From assembly GCA_963716255.1 (NCBI GenBank), contig OY970303.1:7744001-7808000 (forward strand): 64,000 bases of DNA. The letters are read 5' to 3'. Within the stretch, counting starts at the first letter, position 1, and each line of letters starts with the position of its first letter. This DNA is from an uncultured Gemmatimonadales bacterium (lineage in GTDB: Bacteria; Gemmatimonadota; Gemmatimonadetes; Longimicrobiales; Longimicrobiaceae). The notes under the pieces are model-generated. The model was not told the DNA's origin, did no database searches, and saw only the letters and a program-made list of their open reading frames with translations. This document shows, one piece after another, positions 9,076 through 17,365 of this stretch. Position numbers and translations under genes: made by a program.

Positions 9076-9953
9076 GAACGGTGCGTCGAATCCTCGGGAC
9101 CGCTCCGGAACCAGGCCAAACGGCCGGCCTGTTTCCTACGCGGGCTACGGGAGCCTCGCCAAACAGCAGGCGAGTCTCCCTGCGCCGGAGCGAGCCAGCC
9201 GAAACCGCCCGGCTGTCTCCCTCCGCAACGGATTTGGGGGGTACTGCGGAACTGCACGGACAGGAAGCCCTCCCCCAGAATTGGGGGAGGGTGGCGAGCC
9301 TGAAGCGAGCCGGGTGGGGGCCGGCGGCCCTCGCGCTCGCCGTCACCCTCGCCGCCTGCGCCTCCGCGCCCCCGCTGCCCGCGGGCGCGCCGGACGCCGC
9401 CGCGCCTGCCGCGGCCCCCGCGCTCGCGGCGGCGGCGCCGCCGCTGCGGCTGGCCGGGCTGCGCGTGCTGGTGCTGCCGTTCCAGGCCATCAGCGGGCTC
9501 CCCGGCGACGCCGACGAGCGGCTGGGGCGGGAGCTGCTGTTCGCGCTGGGCGAGCGGGAGCCGCGCGCCACGCTGGTCGCGCCCGACGTGCTGGAGCGGG
9601 CGCTGCGGCGCTCTCCCGGCTTCGCGAGCGACCCGCGCGCCCTCCCCGCCGACCCGCTGGTGCACCACCGCGTGCGGCAGGCGGTGGAGCCGCTGGCCGG
9701 CGAGCTGCGGCGCTACGCCGCGCTCACCGACGTGCGGCTGGTGCTGCTCCCGCGCTCCGCCGCGTTCTCGCGGCCGGCCGGCGCGGCCGAGGGACGCGTG
9801 CGCATCGACGCCGCGATCATCGACGCGCGCAGCGGCGACGTCGTGTGGTGGGGGGAGGCCGAGGGCGACCTCCGCCCCGAAGCCGACGCGCGCGCCATCG
9901 GCAGCGCCGCCGCGGCGCTCGCCGCGCGCATGGCGGCCGCCGGCGCGCGGTGA
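9072..9953 (+). CDS. Putative lipoprotein; signal peptide apparently interrupted in frame by repeats; start uncertain (TTG 9072 or GTG 9291)
   Basis: AALALAVTLAAC lipobox, RVLVLPF...DARSGDVVW region; frame open from a TTG overlapping the SDR stop. Confidence 0.6.
   Translation: MRTVRRILGTAPEPGQTAGLFPTRATGASPNSRRVSLRRSEPAETARLSPSATDLGGTAELHGQEALPQNWGRVASLKRAGWGPAALALAVTLAACASAPPLPAGAPDAAAPAAAPALAAAAPPLRLAGLRVLVLPFQAISGLPGDADERLGRELLFALGEREPRATLVAPDVLERALRRSPGFASDPRALPADPLVHHRVRQAVEPLAGELRRYAALTDVRLVLLPRSAAFSRPAGAAEGRVRIDAAIIDARSGDVVWWGEAEGDLRPEADARAIGSAAAALAARMAAAGAR
9100..9255 (+). repeat. Structured repeat family B (three hairpin modules)
   Basis: Modules at 9108-9135, 9151-9178, 9192-9219; homologous to 36074-36210 and 50274-50434. 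Confidence 0.85.
9268..9320. repeat. REP-like family C copy
   Basis: CCCTCCCCCAGAATTGGGGGAGGGTGGCGAGCCTGAAGCGAGCCGGGTGGGG, near-identical to 36248-36300. Confidence 0.85.
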
Positions 9954-10055
9954 CCCCGCGCGGAGCCCGGCACCGCCCGCTGGAACGCACCTTGCCCACA
10001 TCGCCTGCGCCCGGACCGGCGTCCGGGCGGAGGCATCACACCTGACGCAGGTCCA

Positions 10056-11069
10056 ATGGCCCAGACCGTAACCCTGATCCCCGGCGACGGGATCGGCCCG
10101 TCCATCACCGACGCCACGGTCCGCGTGATCGAGGCCGCGGGCGCCGAGATCGAGTGGGACCGCCGCGAGGCCGGCATGGCCGCCCTCTCGCTCCACAACA
10201 CCCCCATCCCCGACGAGACGCTGGAGTCCATCCGCGCCAGCCGCGTGTCGCTCAAGGGGCCGCTCACCACCCCGTCCGGGACCGGGTTCCGCTCCATCAA
10301 CGTCGCGCTCCGCAAGGAGTTCGACCTGTACGCCAACGTCCGCCCGGCGCGCACCATCGTCCCCGGCGGGCGCTACGAGGACATCGACCTGGTCCTCATC
10401 CGCGAGAACACCGAGGGATTGTACAGCGGCGTCGAGCACTACGTCGGCATCGGCAGCGACCCGCGCGCCGCCGCCGAGTCGGTGATGCTGGTGACCCGCT
10501 TCGGCGTGGAGCGCATCGTCCGCTACGCCTTCGAGTACGCCGTGTCGCACGGGCGCAAGAAAGTGACGCTGGCGCACAAGGCCAACATCCTCAAGTACAC
10601 CCAGGGGCTCTTCCTGGACATCGGCCGGGAGATCGCAAAGGAGTACGAGGGGCGCGTGGAGTTCGAGGACCGGATCATCGACGCCACCGCCATGATGCTG
10701 GTGATGGACCCGTACCGCTTCGACGTCATCGTCTGCGAGAACATGTTCGGCGACATCCTTTCCGACCAGATCGCCGGGCTCGTCGGCGGGCTGGGGCTGG
10801 CGCCCGGCGCCAACATCGGCAAGGACGCCGCAATCTTCGAGGCGGTGCACGGCTCCGCGCCGGACATCGAGGGGAAGGGAATCGCCAACCCCGCGGCGCT
10901 GATCCTCGCCGCGGTGATGATGCTGCGGCACCTGGGGATGCACGACCAGGCCGCGCGCATCTCCACCGCGCTGGAGACCACCATCCGCGAGGGCGACCGC
11001 ACCACCCCCGACCTGGGCGGGACGGGGACCACGGACACCTTCGCCGACGCCATCATCGAGCGCCTGTGA
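10056..11069 (+). CDS. Isocitrate/isopropylmalate dehydrogenase family protein (likely NAD-dependent IDH)
   Basis: IPGDGIGP, SINVALRK, RENTEG, HKANI, NMFGDILSD, EAVHGSAPDI. Confidence 0.9.
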   Translation: MAQTVTLIPGDGIGPSITDATVRVIEAAGAEIEWDRREAGMAALSLHNTPIPDETLESIRASRVSLKGPLTTPSGTGFRSINVALRKEFDLYANVRPARTIVPGGRYEDIDLVLIRENTEGLYSGVEHYVGIGSDPRAAAESVMLVTRFGVERIVRYAFEYAVSHGRKKVTLAHKANILKYTQGLFLDIGREIAKEYEGRVEFEDRIIDATAMMLVMDPYRFDVIVCENMFGDILSDQIAGLVGGLGLAPGANIGKDAAIFEAVHGSAPDIEGKGIANPAALILAAVMMLRHLGMHDQAARISTALETTIREGDRTTPDLGGTGTTDTFADAIIERL

Positions 11070-11383
11070 CCCCCGGCTCCCCGCCCACCGCCTGCCGCCA
11101 GTGCGGCCGCGAGCCCGCCGACGGAAAGACGGACGCCGCCGGGTGGTGCGAGCAGTGCCGGGCCGGCGTGGTGCACCGCGCCACCCCCCTCGCCTTCGCC
11201 GTCGCGGTGGCGTTCTCGGTGGCGTACCTGCTGCTGCTCTGGTGGACCGGGGCGCTGCAGTCCACCAACTTCGTGGTCTTCTGGCTGGCGCTGGGGGCGC
11301 TCCTCGCCTTCGGCACGTACAAGGTCGCGCGGCGGGTCGCGTTCGACGTCATCCGCGCGCGCACCGCCCGCGTCCCGGGGTAG
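11066..11383 (+). CDS. Small membrane protein with CxxC...CxxC Zn finger
   Basis: CRQC...WCEQC then two hydrophobic helices; GTGA overlap with upstream gene. Confidence 0.7.
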   Translation: MTPGSPPTACRQCGREPADGKTDAAGWCEQCRAGVVHRATPLAFAVAVAFSVAYLLLLWWTGALQSTNFVVFWLALGALLAFGTYKVARRVAFDVIRARTARVPG

Positions 11384-11387
11384 CCGC

Positions 11388-11618
11388 ATGGCTCGCCTCG
11401 CGTTCCTCCACTCCCCCTGGATCGCCGTCGCGGTCGCCGTTCTCGGCGGCCTGTCGCTGGGGCTGGGCGTCGGCCGCCTGTGGGAGCGGCCCGACGTGCT
11501 CGCCGCGGTGTACGGCGTGCTGGGGGTGGTCCTCCTCTGGTGGGCCATCTCCGATTCCCGCAAGGCGCGCCCCGGCACCCCCGAGAGCGAGAGCGACGGG
11601 TCCCACACCATCGAGTGA
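11388..11618 (+). CDS. Small 2-TM hypothetical protein
   Basis: ATG just after previous stop; two hydrophobic segments. Confidence 0.65.
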   Translation: MARLAFLHSPWIAVAVAVLGGLSLGLGVGRLWERPDVLAAVYGVLGVVLLWWAISDSRKARPGTPESESDGSHTIE

Positions 11619-11638
11619 TTTTACTGCTTTGAACAGCG

Positions 11639-11773
11639 GGGTCGGGCGTGCCCCCGGCTGGCGCCGGGGTCGGGCTTCGGCTCCGTAAGCCCGCAAACAA
11701 CGCGGGCTAACGGAGTCGAGCCCCGCGAAACTGCCCGCGGGTCTCGCCCCTCCGGGCCGGAATCCCTCACGCG
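11639..11773 (+). repeat. Structured repeat family A, copy 4
   Basis: Variable stem AGCCCGC/GCGGGCT around AAACAAC. Confidence 0.95.
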
Positions 11774-12047
11774 GGTCTCTCGCTGGCGTCCGCGAGATCG
11801 GGCACCTCACCCCCAGAGCGACACGACCGGGCACGACACGGCGGAGCCCGAGGGTCAGGAAGCCCTCCCCAGAACTGGGGGATATAGGGGGCAAGCCGTG
11901 CGGCTCTCAGGCCGCCGGGTGGGGGCGATCCCGCGGACGCAGCCCGGCGCCCGCTCATGCACGAGATGAAGCCGCTTCCCGCTTTCCGTCATCCCCCCCG
12001 CGCCGTACCTTTCCCTCGCAGACCCGCAGCCACCCGCCGCGCAGGAG

Positions 12048-12836
12048 GTGCCCGTGCGCAAGTTCGACGACCTGGAGCCGGACGAGATGCCGGACGTGCT
12101 GCGCTCCGCCGTGCGCGACCAGGAGCGCGAGCGGGAGCGTGAGCTGGAGCGGGCCTCCATGCAGGAGGCCGCGACCGAGATGGGGCTCAGCGCGGACCAC
12201 CTGGATCGCGCCGCCGCGGAAGTGCACACGCAGCGCGTCGCGGAGGTGCGCCGCCGGCGGCGCGTGCGCACCTGGGCGATCGCCGCGGGAGTGGCGCTGC
12301 TCGCCGCCGGGGCCGGGTACCGCGCCGCCAACCCGCCCGCGCCCGATCCCACGGTCTACACCTTCCAGGACGCCGCGCAGGGGTGGTCCGGCGAGTACAA
12401 CGCCCGCACGCTCGCACGGGTGCGCGAGGAGGACGGGCGCGGCGTGATCGAGGTGGAGCGCTTCGCCGCCGAGGACGACGGGCGCTACTGGGTCAACCTG
12501 AACACCGGCGCCGTGCCCGCGTCGCTGCGCGGCTCGCGCGAGGTGTCGCTGCGCGTCCGCGGCACCGGGCTGGGCCACGCCCGCATCTTCCTGGAGAACG
12601 GGCCCACCGAGCGCTGGCGCTCGCCGGACGTGGCGGTGGGGCCCGAGTGGCGGACGGTGCGCTTCCGGCTGGACCAGTTCGAGCACCAGACCCGCCAGGA
12701 CACCGGCTCCCCGTGGCGCGGGCGAAGCGGCGGCCGCCCGGAGCGGCTGACCCGCATCTCCGTCAAGGTGGGCGACCCCTTCAACCCGCCCGACGCCCGC
12801 GGCCGTGTCGAGGTCGACGATCTCCGCATCGACTGA
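12048..12836 (+). CDS. Single-TM protein: helical N-terminal domain plus CIA30/carbohydrate-binding-like C-terminal domain
   Basis: CAGGAGG RBS; EAATEMGLSADHLDRA helical region, TM WAIAAGVALLAAGAGY, EWRTVRFRLDQF...GRVEVDDLRID. Confidence 0.7.
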   Translation: MPVRKFDDLEPDEMPDVLRSAVRDQERERERELERASMQEAATEMGLSADHLDRAAAEVHTQRVAEVRRRRRVRTWAIAAGVALLAAGAGYRAANPPAPDPTVYTFQDAAQGWSGEYNARTLARVREEDGRGVIEVERFAAEDDGRYWVNLNTGAVPASLRGSREVSLRVRGTGLGHARIFLENGPTERWRSPDVAVGPEWRTVRFRLDQFEHQTRQDTGSPWRGRSGGRPERLTRISVKVGDPFNPPDARGRVEVDDLRID

Positions 12837-14241
12837 GGCGCCGCGGGCCGCCGCGGGCGCCCGTCCGCCGGCCGCGGACGACGTCTTCGGCGTGCGCCCC
12901 GCGTATACGCTGCGCCTGGACGGCCGGACGCACGCCTCCGGCGACCCGCGCGAGCTGCGGCGCCTCCCCGGCGCGCCCCGCGAGGTCGACCCCGCCGCGC
13001 TGCACGGCTACCTGTGCTTCTCGCACCCGCCGTCCCCCGCGACGCTCTTCGCCGGCGTGCGCCGCGCCGAGGCGCCCGCGCCCTGGCGCGAGAGCGCGCC
13101 GCCCACGGTGGACGAGGCCGCCGCCGCCCGCCGCCTGCTGGAGCTCCTGCGCGCCTCCGTCGCCCGGATGCTCGGGACCGAGCGCGACGTGGGCGTGTTC
13201 CTGTCCGGCGGGCTGGACAGCTCGCTGGTCGCCGCCCTGCTCGCCGAGGCGGGAGCGCGCGTCCACCCGTTCACGCTGGACTTCGGGCCGCCGTGGGACG
13301 AGGAAGTGGAGCACGCCGCGGCCGTGGCCGCCCACCTGGGGCGCCCGCTGCACCGCGTTCCCGTGCGCGCGCCGGAAGTGCGGGCCGCGCTGGAGCCCAC
13401 CGCGCGCGCCCTGCACCAGCCCTTCGGCGACCCCGTCACGGTGCCGCTCTTCCTGCTCGGCGCCGCCGCGCGGGGTCGCGTGGGCACGGTGTTCAACGGC
13501 GAGGGCGGCGACCAGCTCTTCGGCGGGTGGGCCAACAAGCCCATGATCGCCGCGGAAGCGTACGGCGGGGCGGAGTACAGCCGCGAGGCCGCGTACCTCG
13601 CCACCTACCACCGCTTCCACGGCGCCGAGGACCGGCTGCTCACGCCGGGCGCGAGGGCGCTGCTCGGCCCCGTGGACGCGGGCGCCTGGATCCGGCCGGC
13701 GCTGGAGGCCGAGGGCTTCCCCAGCCTCCTGCACCGGCTGCGCGCCGCCAACCTGCGGCTCAAGGGCGCGCAGAACATCGCCCCGCGCATGGCGCAGCTC
13801 GCCGCGGCCCATGGGCTGGCGGTTCGCGCCCCCTTCCTGGACCGGGCGCTCGCCGAGTGGACCTTCACCCTCCCGCCCTCGCTCTTCCTGCGCGGCGCCG
13901 AGGAAAAGCACCTGCTCAAGGTCGCCGCCGCCACCCTCCTCCCCGCCGACGTGGTGTGGCGTCCCAAGCGCGGCATGGGCGTCCCCGCCACCGAGTGGTG
14001 CCGCGGCACCTTCCGCGGGCTGCTCGGCCCCGTGCGCCGCGAGGTCACCCGCCGCCTGTCCGCCCGGCGGCTGCGGCGCGACGGGTGGTTCGATCCCGGC
14101 TTCGTCGTGGCCCTGCGCGCCGGCGAGGACCGGCCCGGCGAGACCCGCCGCCGCCGCGCCGGCGAGAAGCTGTGGGCCCTGCTGATGCTGCACGTCTGGA
14201 TGGACGTGCAGGACCCCCCGCTGGAGCTGCCACGCCCATGA
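12805..14241 (+). CDS. Asparagine synthetase-like ATP-dependent ligase with vestigial Ntn domain; start uncertain
   Basis: FLSGGLDSS PP-loop, NGEGGDQLFGG, VRAPFLDR, EKHLLK, RPKRGMGVP. Confidence 0.85.
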   Translation: MSRSTISASTEAPRAAAGARPPAADDVFGVRPAYTLRLDGRTHASGDPRELRRLPGAPREVDPAALHGYLCFSHPPSPATLFAGVRRAEAPAPWRESAPPTVDEAAAARRLLELLRASVARMLGTERDVGVFLSGGLDSSLVAALLAEAGARVHPFTLDFGPPWDEEVEHAAAVAAHLGRPLHRVPVRAPEVRAALEPTARALHQPFGDPVTVPLFLLGAAARGRVGTVFNGEGGDQLFGGWANKPMIAAEAYGGAEYSREAAYLATYHRFHGAEDRLLTPGARALLGPVDAGAWIRPALEAEGFPSLLHRLRAANLRLKGAQNIAPRMAQLAAAHGLAVRAPFLDRALAEWTFTLPPSLFLRGAEEKHLLKVAAATLLPADVVWRPKRGMGVPATEWCRGTFRGLLGPVRREVTRRLSARRLRRDGWFDPGFVVALRAGEDRPGETRRRRAGEKLWALLMLHVWMDVQDPPLELPRP

Positions 14242-15398
14242 AGTGCATCCACTGCGGGACCGACACGCGCGGCAAGGACCGCGCATCCAACGGGGGGCGC
14301 TGCGAGGGGTGCAAGCACCGCTTCGCCTTCGAGCCGCTCAAGGACCCGCTCGGCGTCACCGACACGCAGTTCCAGGCGGCGATCCAGCGAGTCTCGCCGG
14401 ACGGCAACGTGGCCTTCACCGACCGGCAGCTCTGGTACGAGCTCAACCGCAAGTGGATGCGCCCCGTCTTCTGGGGCTCCGCCTTCCCGTGGCTCGCCCT
14501 CACCACCGGTCCCGCCGCCGCCGCCGCCGCGGCCCTCCTGTCGCTCAAGGCGCTGATCCTCCCCGTGGCGGTCGCCGGGTCCGTGCTGGGGCTGAGCATC
14601 GCGTCGATCGTTCACCGCCGCGCCGCCAGGCGGCCCCCGCTCGCACCTCCGCCGCGCGTCACGTTCGAGCGCTTCGCCACGGACTACGTGGACCGGTGGC
14701 GGGAGGTGCACGGGCCGGTCCGCGGCCTCGTGGACTCGCGCCCCGCCTTGCCCGCCGCGCAGCTCCCCTCCATCGCCGCGGACGTGTCGGCGTTCAGCTT
14801 CGACCGCGCCGTGGTCACCGACCGCTGGGAGGCGGCGGCGATGCTGGTCGCCAACCGCTTCCACTTCGAGCACAACTGCGCCGTCCTCAGCCTGGACGGC
14901 TACCCGGAGGCCATCGGCGAGACCGTCAAGAACATGCTGCGCCGCAACCACCAGCTCACCGTGTTCGCGCTGCACGACGCCTCCCCCGAGGGATGCCTCC
15001 TCCCGCTGTCCCTGCGCGAGCCCGACTGGTTCCCGGACCCCTCCGTCCGCGTGGTGGACCTGGGGCTCCGCCCCGAGACCGCGCGCCGCCTGCGCCTCCC
15101 CGTGCTGAACCGCCCCGTCCGCGAGCTCCCGCCGCGCCTCGCCGAGATCCTCCCCCCGGAAGAGGTGGAGTGGCTCCTCGCCGGGAACACCGCCGAGCTG
15201 GCCACGCTGCGCCCCGCGCAGGTGCTGCGCGCCGCCTACGACGGCATCCGGCGCGTGGGCCACCCGGGAGACCCCGCCTCCGGCCCCGGGACGGACTCCG
15301 GCTCCGACGTGGGCTTCTACGGCCCCGCCGGGATCATCTGGGTGGGCGACGTCCACGACGAGCGGCACGACACCGCCTCCGTCGACGGGTTCGGCTGA
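14238..15398 (+). CDS. Zn-ribbon + two TM helices + putative Toprim (Spo11/TopoVI-A-like) protein
   Basis: CIHC...CEGC; TDRQLWY; hydrophobic hairpin; DGYP, LHDASPEG, DLGLRP; ATGA overlap with upstream gene. Confidence 0.7.
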   Translation: MKCIHCGTDTRGKDRASNGGRCEGCKHRFAFEPLKDPLGVTDTQFQAAIQRVSPDGNVAFTDRQLWYELNRKWMRPVFWGSAFPWLALTTGPAAAAAAALLSLKALILPVAVAGSVLGLSIASIVHRRAARRPPLAPPPRVTFERFATDYVDRWREVHGPVRGLVDSRPALPAAQLPSIAADVSAFSFDRAVVTDRWEAAAMLVANRFHFEHNCAVLSLDGYPEAIGETVKNMLRRNHQLTVFALHDASPEGCLLPLSLREPDWFPDPSVRVVDLGLRPETARRLRLPVLNRPVRELPPRLAEILPPEEVEWLLAGNTAELATLRPAQVLRAAYDGIRRVGHPGDPASGPGTDSGSDVGFYGPAGIIWVGDVHDERHDTASVDGFG

Positions 15399-15408
15399 GC
15401 GCGCGGCG

Positions 15409-17145
15409 ATGCTGACGTCCCTCTTCCACCGCCGGACCGCCGGCGTGCCCGCGCCGGTTCCCGCCGCCGCGCACGGCGGCTTCGCGGGCGTGCTCGGCGG
15501 GCCGGACCCCGCCGCGGCGCTCCGCCGGCTGGGCGCGGAGCCCGCCTGGCAGGGCGACGGCGTGGCGCTCGGCGGCGCCCCCGTCGCCGCGGACCGCACG
15601 GGCGTTTGGATGGCGTGCGGCGACGCGGTGCTGGACAACGCCCCGGAGCTGCGGCGCGCGCTCGGCTTCCCCCGCGCCGACCCGCTCGCGCTGCTTGCCG
15701 AGCTGGTGCGCGCGCACGGGCCCGAAGCCGGGCTGCACGCGCTGGGGATATACGCCGCCGCCGTGTGGGACGCGCGCGGGCGGCGCCTCTGGCTCCTCCG
15801 CGACGGCGCCGGCGCGCGGACGCTCTACCTGGCCGGCGACCGCGGGCACGGCTGGTCGTTCGGGGCCCGGCTGCGCACGCTTCGGCGCGCCCCCGGGGTG
15901 CCCGGCGACCCCGACCCCACCGCGATCCGCGACTACCTGACGTGCGCCTTCGTCCCCGGCGAGCGCACGATGTGGCGCGGCGTGCGCGAGCTGCGGCCCG
16001 GCACCGCGCTGTCGCTCCCCGACGGGCCCGAGCACACCTTCTGGGAGCCGCGCGAGCGCATCCAGGACCCGGACGCCCCGCTGGAGGTCCACGCCGCGCG
16101 GCTGCGCGCCGTGCTGGACGACGCCGTGCGCGTCCGGCTGCCGCCGTCCGGGCCCGTGGGCGTGTACCTTTCCGGCGGCGTGGACAGCAGCCTGGTGACC
16201 GCCATCGCCGCGCGGCAGGCGCCGGGCCCCGTGCACACCTACGCGCTGCACTTCGGGGCGCCGTACCCCAACGAGCTGCGCTTCTCCGGGATGGTCGCGG
16301 AGCACTGCGGGACCGTGCACCACGTGCTGGAGTTCCCCGCCGCCACCATCCGCGCGCACCTGGCCGAAAGCCTCGCCGCGCTGGACGACCCCATCGGCGA
16401 CCCGCTGACCACGCCCAACCTGCTGCTGGGCCGGGCGGCCGCGCGCGACACCGGCGTCATCCTCAACGGCGAGGGCGGCGACCCCAGCTTCGGCGGGCCC
16501 AAGAACATCCCCATGCTCCTGCACGGCCTGTACGGCGGGGAGGAGCCGGTCGCCGCGTACCTGCGCTCGTTCGGCAAGTGCTACGACGACCTGCCGGGGC
16601 TGCTCACCCCCGGGCTGCACGCAGCGCTTCGCGACGAGCCCCCGCCGGGCCACTGGTTCGCCGCGCGGCTGGGCGAGGGCGGCATGGCCAACTACCTCAA
16701 CCGGCTGCTGGACGTCAACGTCCGCTACAAGGGCGCCGACCACATCCTCACCAAGGTCGCCAACCTCACCGCCGCCAACGGGCTCCTGGGCCGCTCGCCG
16801 CTGGCCGACCGGCGCGTGGTGGACGCAAGCTTCGCCATCCCCCCCGAGCACAAGCTCGCCGGCTCCGTGGAAAAGGCCGTCCTCAAGGCCGCCGTCGCCG
16901 ACCTGCTCCCCGCCGAGATCGTCCACCGCCCCAAGAGCGGGATGCTGGTGCCGGTGCAGGCCTGGTTCGCCGGCGAGCTGCGCGCCTACGCCCGAGACCT
17001 GCTGCTGGACCGCCGCGCCCGCACCCGGCCGTACTTCAACGCGGCTACCGTGAAGCACTGGCTGGACACGCCGCGCGCGCCCAGGCGCGGCGTCAAGATC
17101 TGGCTGCTGCTGACGCTGGAGCTGTGGCTGCGGGTGAACGAGTGA
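15409..17145 (+). CDS. Asparagine synthetase-like ligase; Ntn domain lacks N-terminal Cys
   Basis: LLRDGAGARTLY, YLSGGVDSS, NGEGGDPSFGG, EKAVLK, RPKSGMLVP. Confidence 0.88.
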   Translation: MLTSLFHRRTAGVPAPVPAAAHGGFAGVLGGPDPAAALRRLGAEPAWQGDGVALGGAPVAADRTGVWMACGDAVLDNAPELRRALGFPRADPLALLAELVRAHGPEAGLHALGIYAAAVWDARGRRLWLLRDGAGARTLYLAGDRGHGWSFGARLRTLRRAPGVPGDPDPTAIRDYLTCAFVPGERTMWRGVRELRPGTALSLPDGPEHTFWEPRERIQDPDAPLEVHAARLRAVLDDAVRVRLPPSGPVGVYLSGGVDSSLVTAIAARQAPGPVHTYALHFGAPYPNELRFSGMVAEHCGTVHHVLEFPAATIRAHLAESLAALDDPIGDPLTTPNLLLGRAAARDTGVILNGEGGDPSFGGPKNIPMLLHGLYGGEEPVAAYLRSFGKCYDDLPGLLTPGLHAALRDEPPPGHWFAARLGEGGMANYLNRLLDVNVRYKGADHILTKVANLTAANGLLGRSPLADRRVVDASFAIPPEHKLAGSVEKAVLKAAVADLLPAEIVHRPKSGMLVPVQAWFAGELRAYARDLLLDRRARTRPYFNAATVKHWLDTPRAPRRGVKIWLLLTLELWLRVNE

Positions 17146-17200
17146 TGCGGAATCCGCGTGAGCCGGGCGCCGGCCGGATCCTGCGACCGCACCGGGGTCT

Positions 17201-17339
17201 GCGTGAGGGATTTCGGCCCGAAGGGGCGAGACCCGGCGGGGCTGTTTCCGCCGGGGCTCGACTCCGTTACGCAGCGTTGTTTGCTGCGTTACGGAGCCGA
17301 AGCCCGACCCCGGCGCCAGCCGGGGGCACGCCCGAACCC
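17201..17339 (-). repeat. Structured repeat family A, copy 5
   Basis: Variable stem ACGCAGC/GCTGCGT. Confidence 0.95.
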
Positions 17340-17365
17340 TTGTGTTTCAACCCCAGGGTGGACGC

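Noticed and set aside
9108..9219. Periodic hairpin triplets as a mini CRISPR array
   Set aside because: Units vary inside the stem, linkers are only ~13-15 nt and recur between loci, and no cas genes are in the window
11780..12047. Lasso peptide precursor upstream of the AsnB-like genes
   Set aside because: No short ORF with a lasso leader pattern, and no B1/B2 proteins nearby
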